In this document: positions 63,515 to 64,000 of the stretch, piece after piece
How the letters are laid out: each line of letters opens with the position of its first letter
Position numbering within the stretch: position 1 is the stretch's first letter
NCBI GenBank assembly: GCA_030141605.1
Contig: JAQGDQ010000066.1
Location: forward strand, 186,001 to 250,000
Reading direction: 5' to 3'
Source of the DNA: Tubiluchus corallicola
Taxonomy: Eukaryota > Animalia > Priapulida
DNA length: 64,000 nucleotides
The notes under the pieces: model-generated
Database searches by the model: none
Seen by the model: only the letters and a program-made list of their open reading frames with translations
Told to the model about the DNA's origin: nothing
Made by a program: the position numbers and the translations under genes

Positions 63515-64000
63515 AGTCATCTAGCCCGAGTACGCACCGAGTTTTTGAGATATTAACAAGAGTTAGCCACACTCGACTAGATATTGTCGGATGTAAACAC
63601 TATCTTGTTTATAATGAAACTCTGTTCTTCTTGTACCTGTATATTGAAATCTTGATCTGAATTTTGTACTGATATTATATAACATTTTAACTAATTAAGA
63701 AGCATCATTCTATAGTCGTGGCAAAAGAATTGAGCAGTTTGATGAAATTGCAATACATGCACAATGCAATTTCAGTATGTTTGCAAACTAAGTGTAGCTG
63801 GTGGCTAACTGGCATGAAATTTATCAAATTATCAGGGAGATTCGTAGCTGAATTTTAACAGCTCTTTTTCACTTTTTAACTGTCGAGGCCAAGAAGTTGT
63901 ACAGAGGCAGGTCCTGATAGCAGTTGGCACTTACTACTAATACAATTATATGTACATCTGTGTTGTCAAAATTAGCGTTGTTTTCAAAGATAAACTCATT

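Overview
AT-rich animal genomic DNA with spliceosomal (GT-AG) introns, most likely an invertebrate; it is not prokaryotic. The first 24 kb holds two convergent genes that I assembled exon by exon with consistent phases. One is the 3' part of a MAGI-family multi-PDZ scaffold gene (+, <1..9219, last three PDZ domains). The other is a complete trimethylguanosine synthase TGS1/PIMT gene (-, CDS 21609..11988, 10 coding exons, 1339 aa). The remaining ~40 kb has no convincing coding exon. It contains decayed LINEs, tRNA-derived SINEs, MITEs, Helentron/DINE-like elements, Penelope-type hammerhead relics, microsatellites and several promoter/first-exon-like segments that may belong to the 5' non-coding part of a large + strand gene. 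Nearly all short ORFs in the supplied track are spurious. I find no evidence for a wholly new biological system. The best leads are a MAGI exon whose read-through ends in a PDZ-binding motif, active-site substitutions in TGS1, and hammerhead and hairpin-bounded repeat relics.
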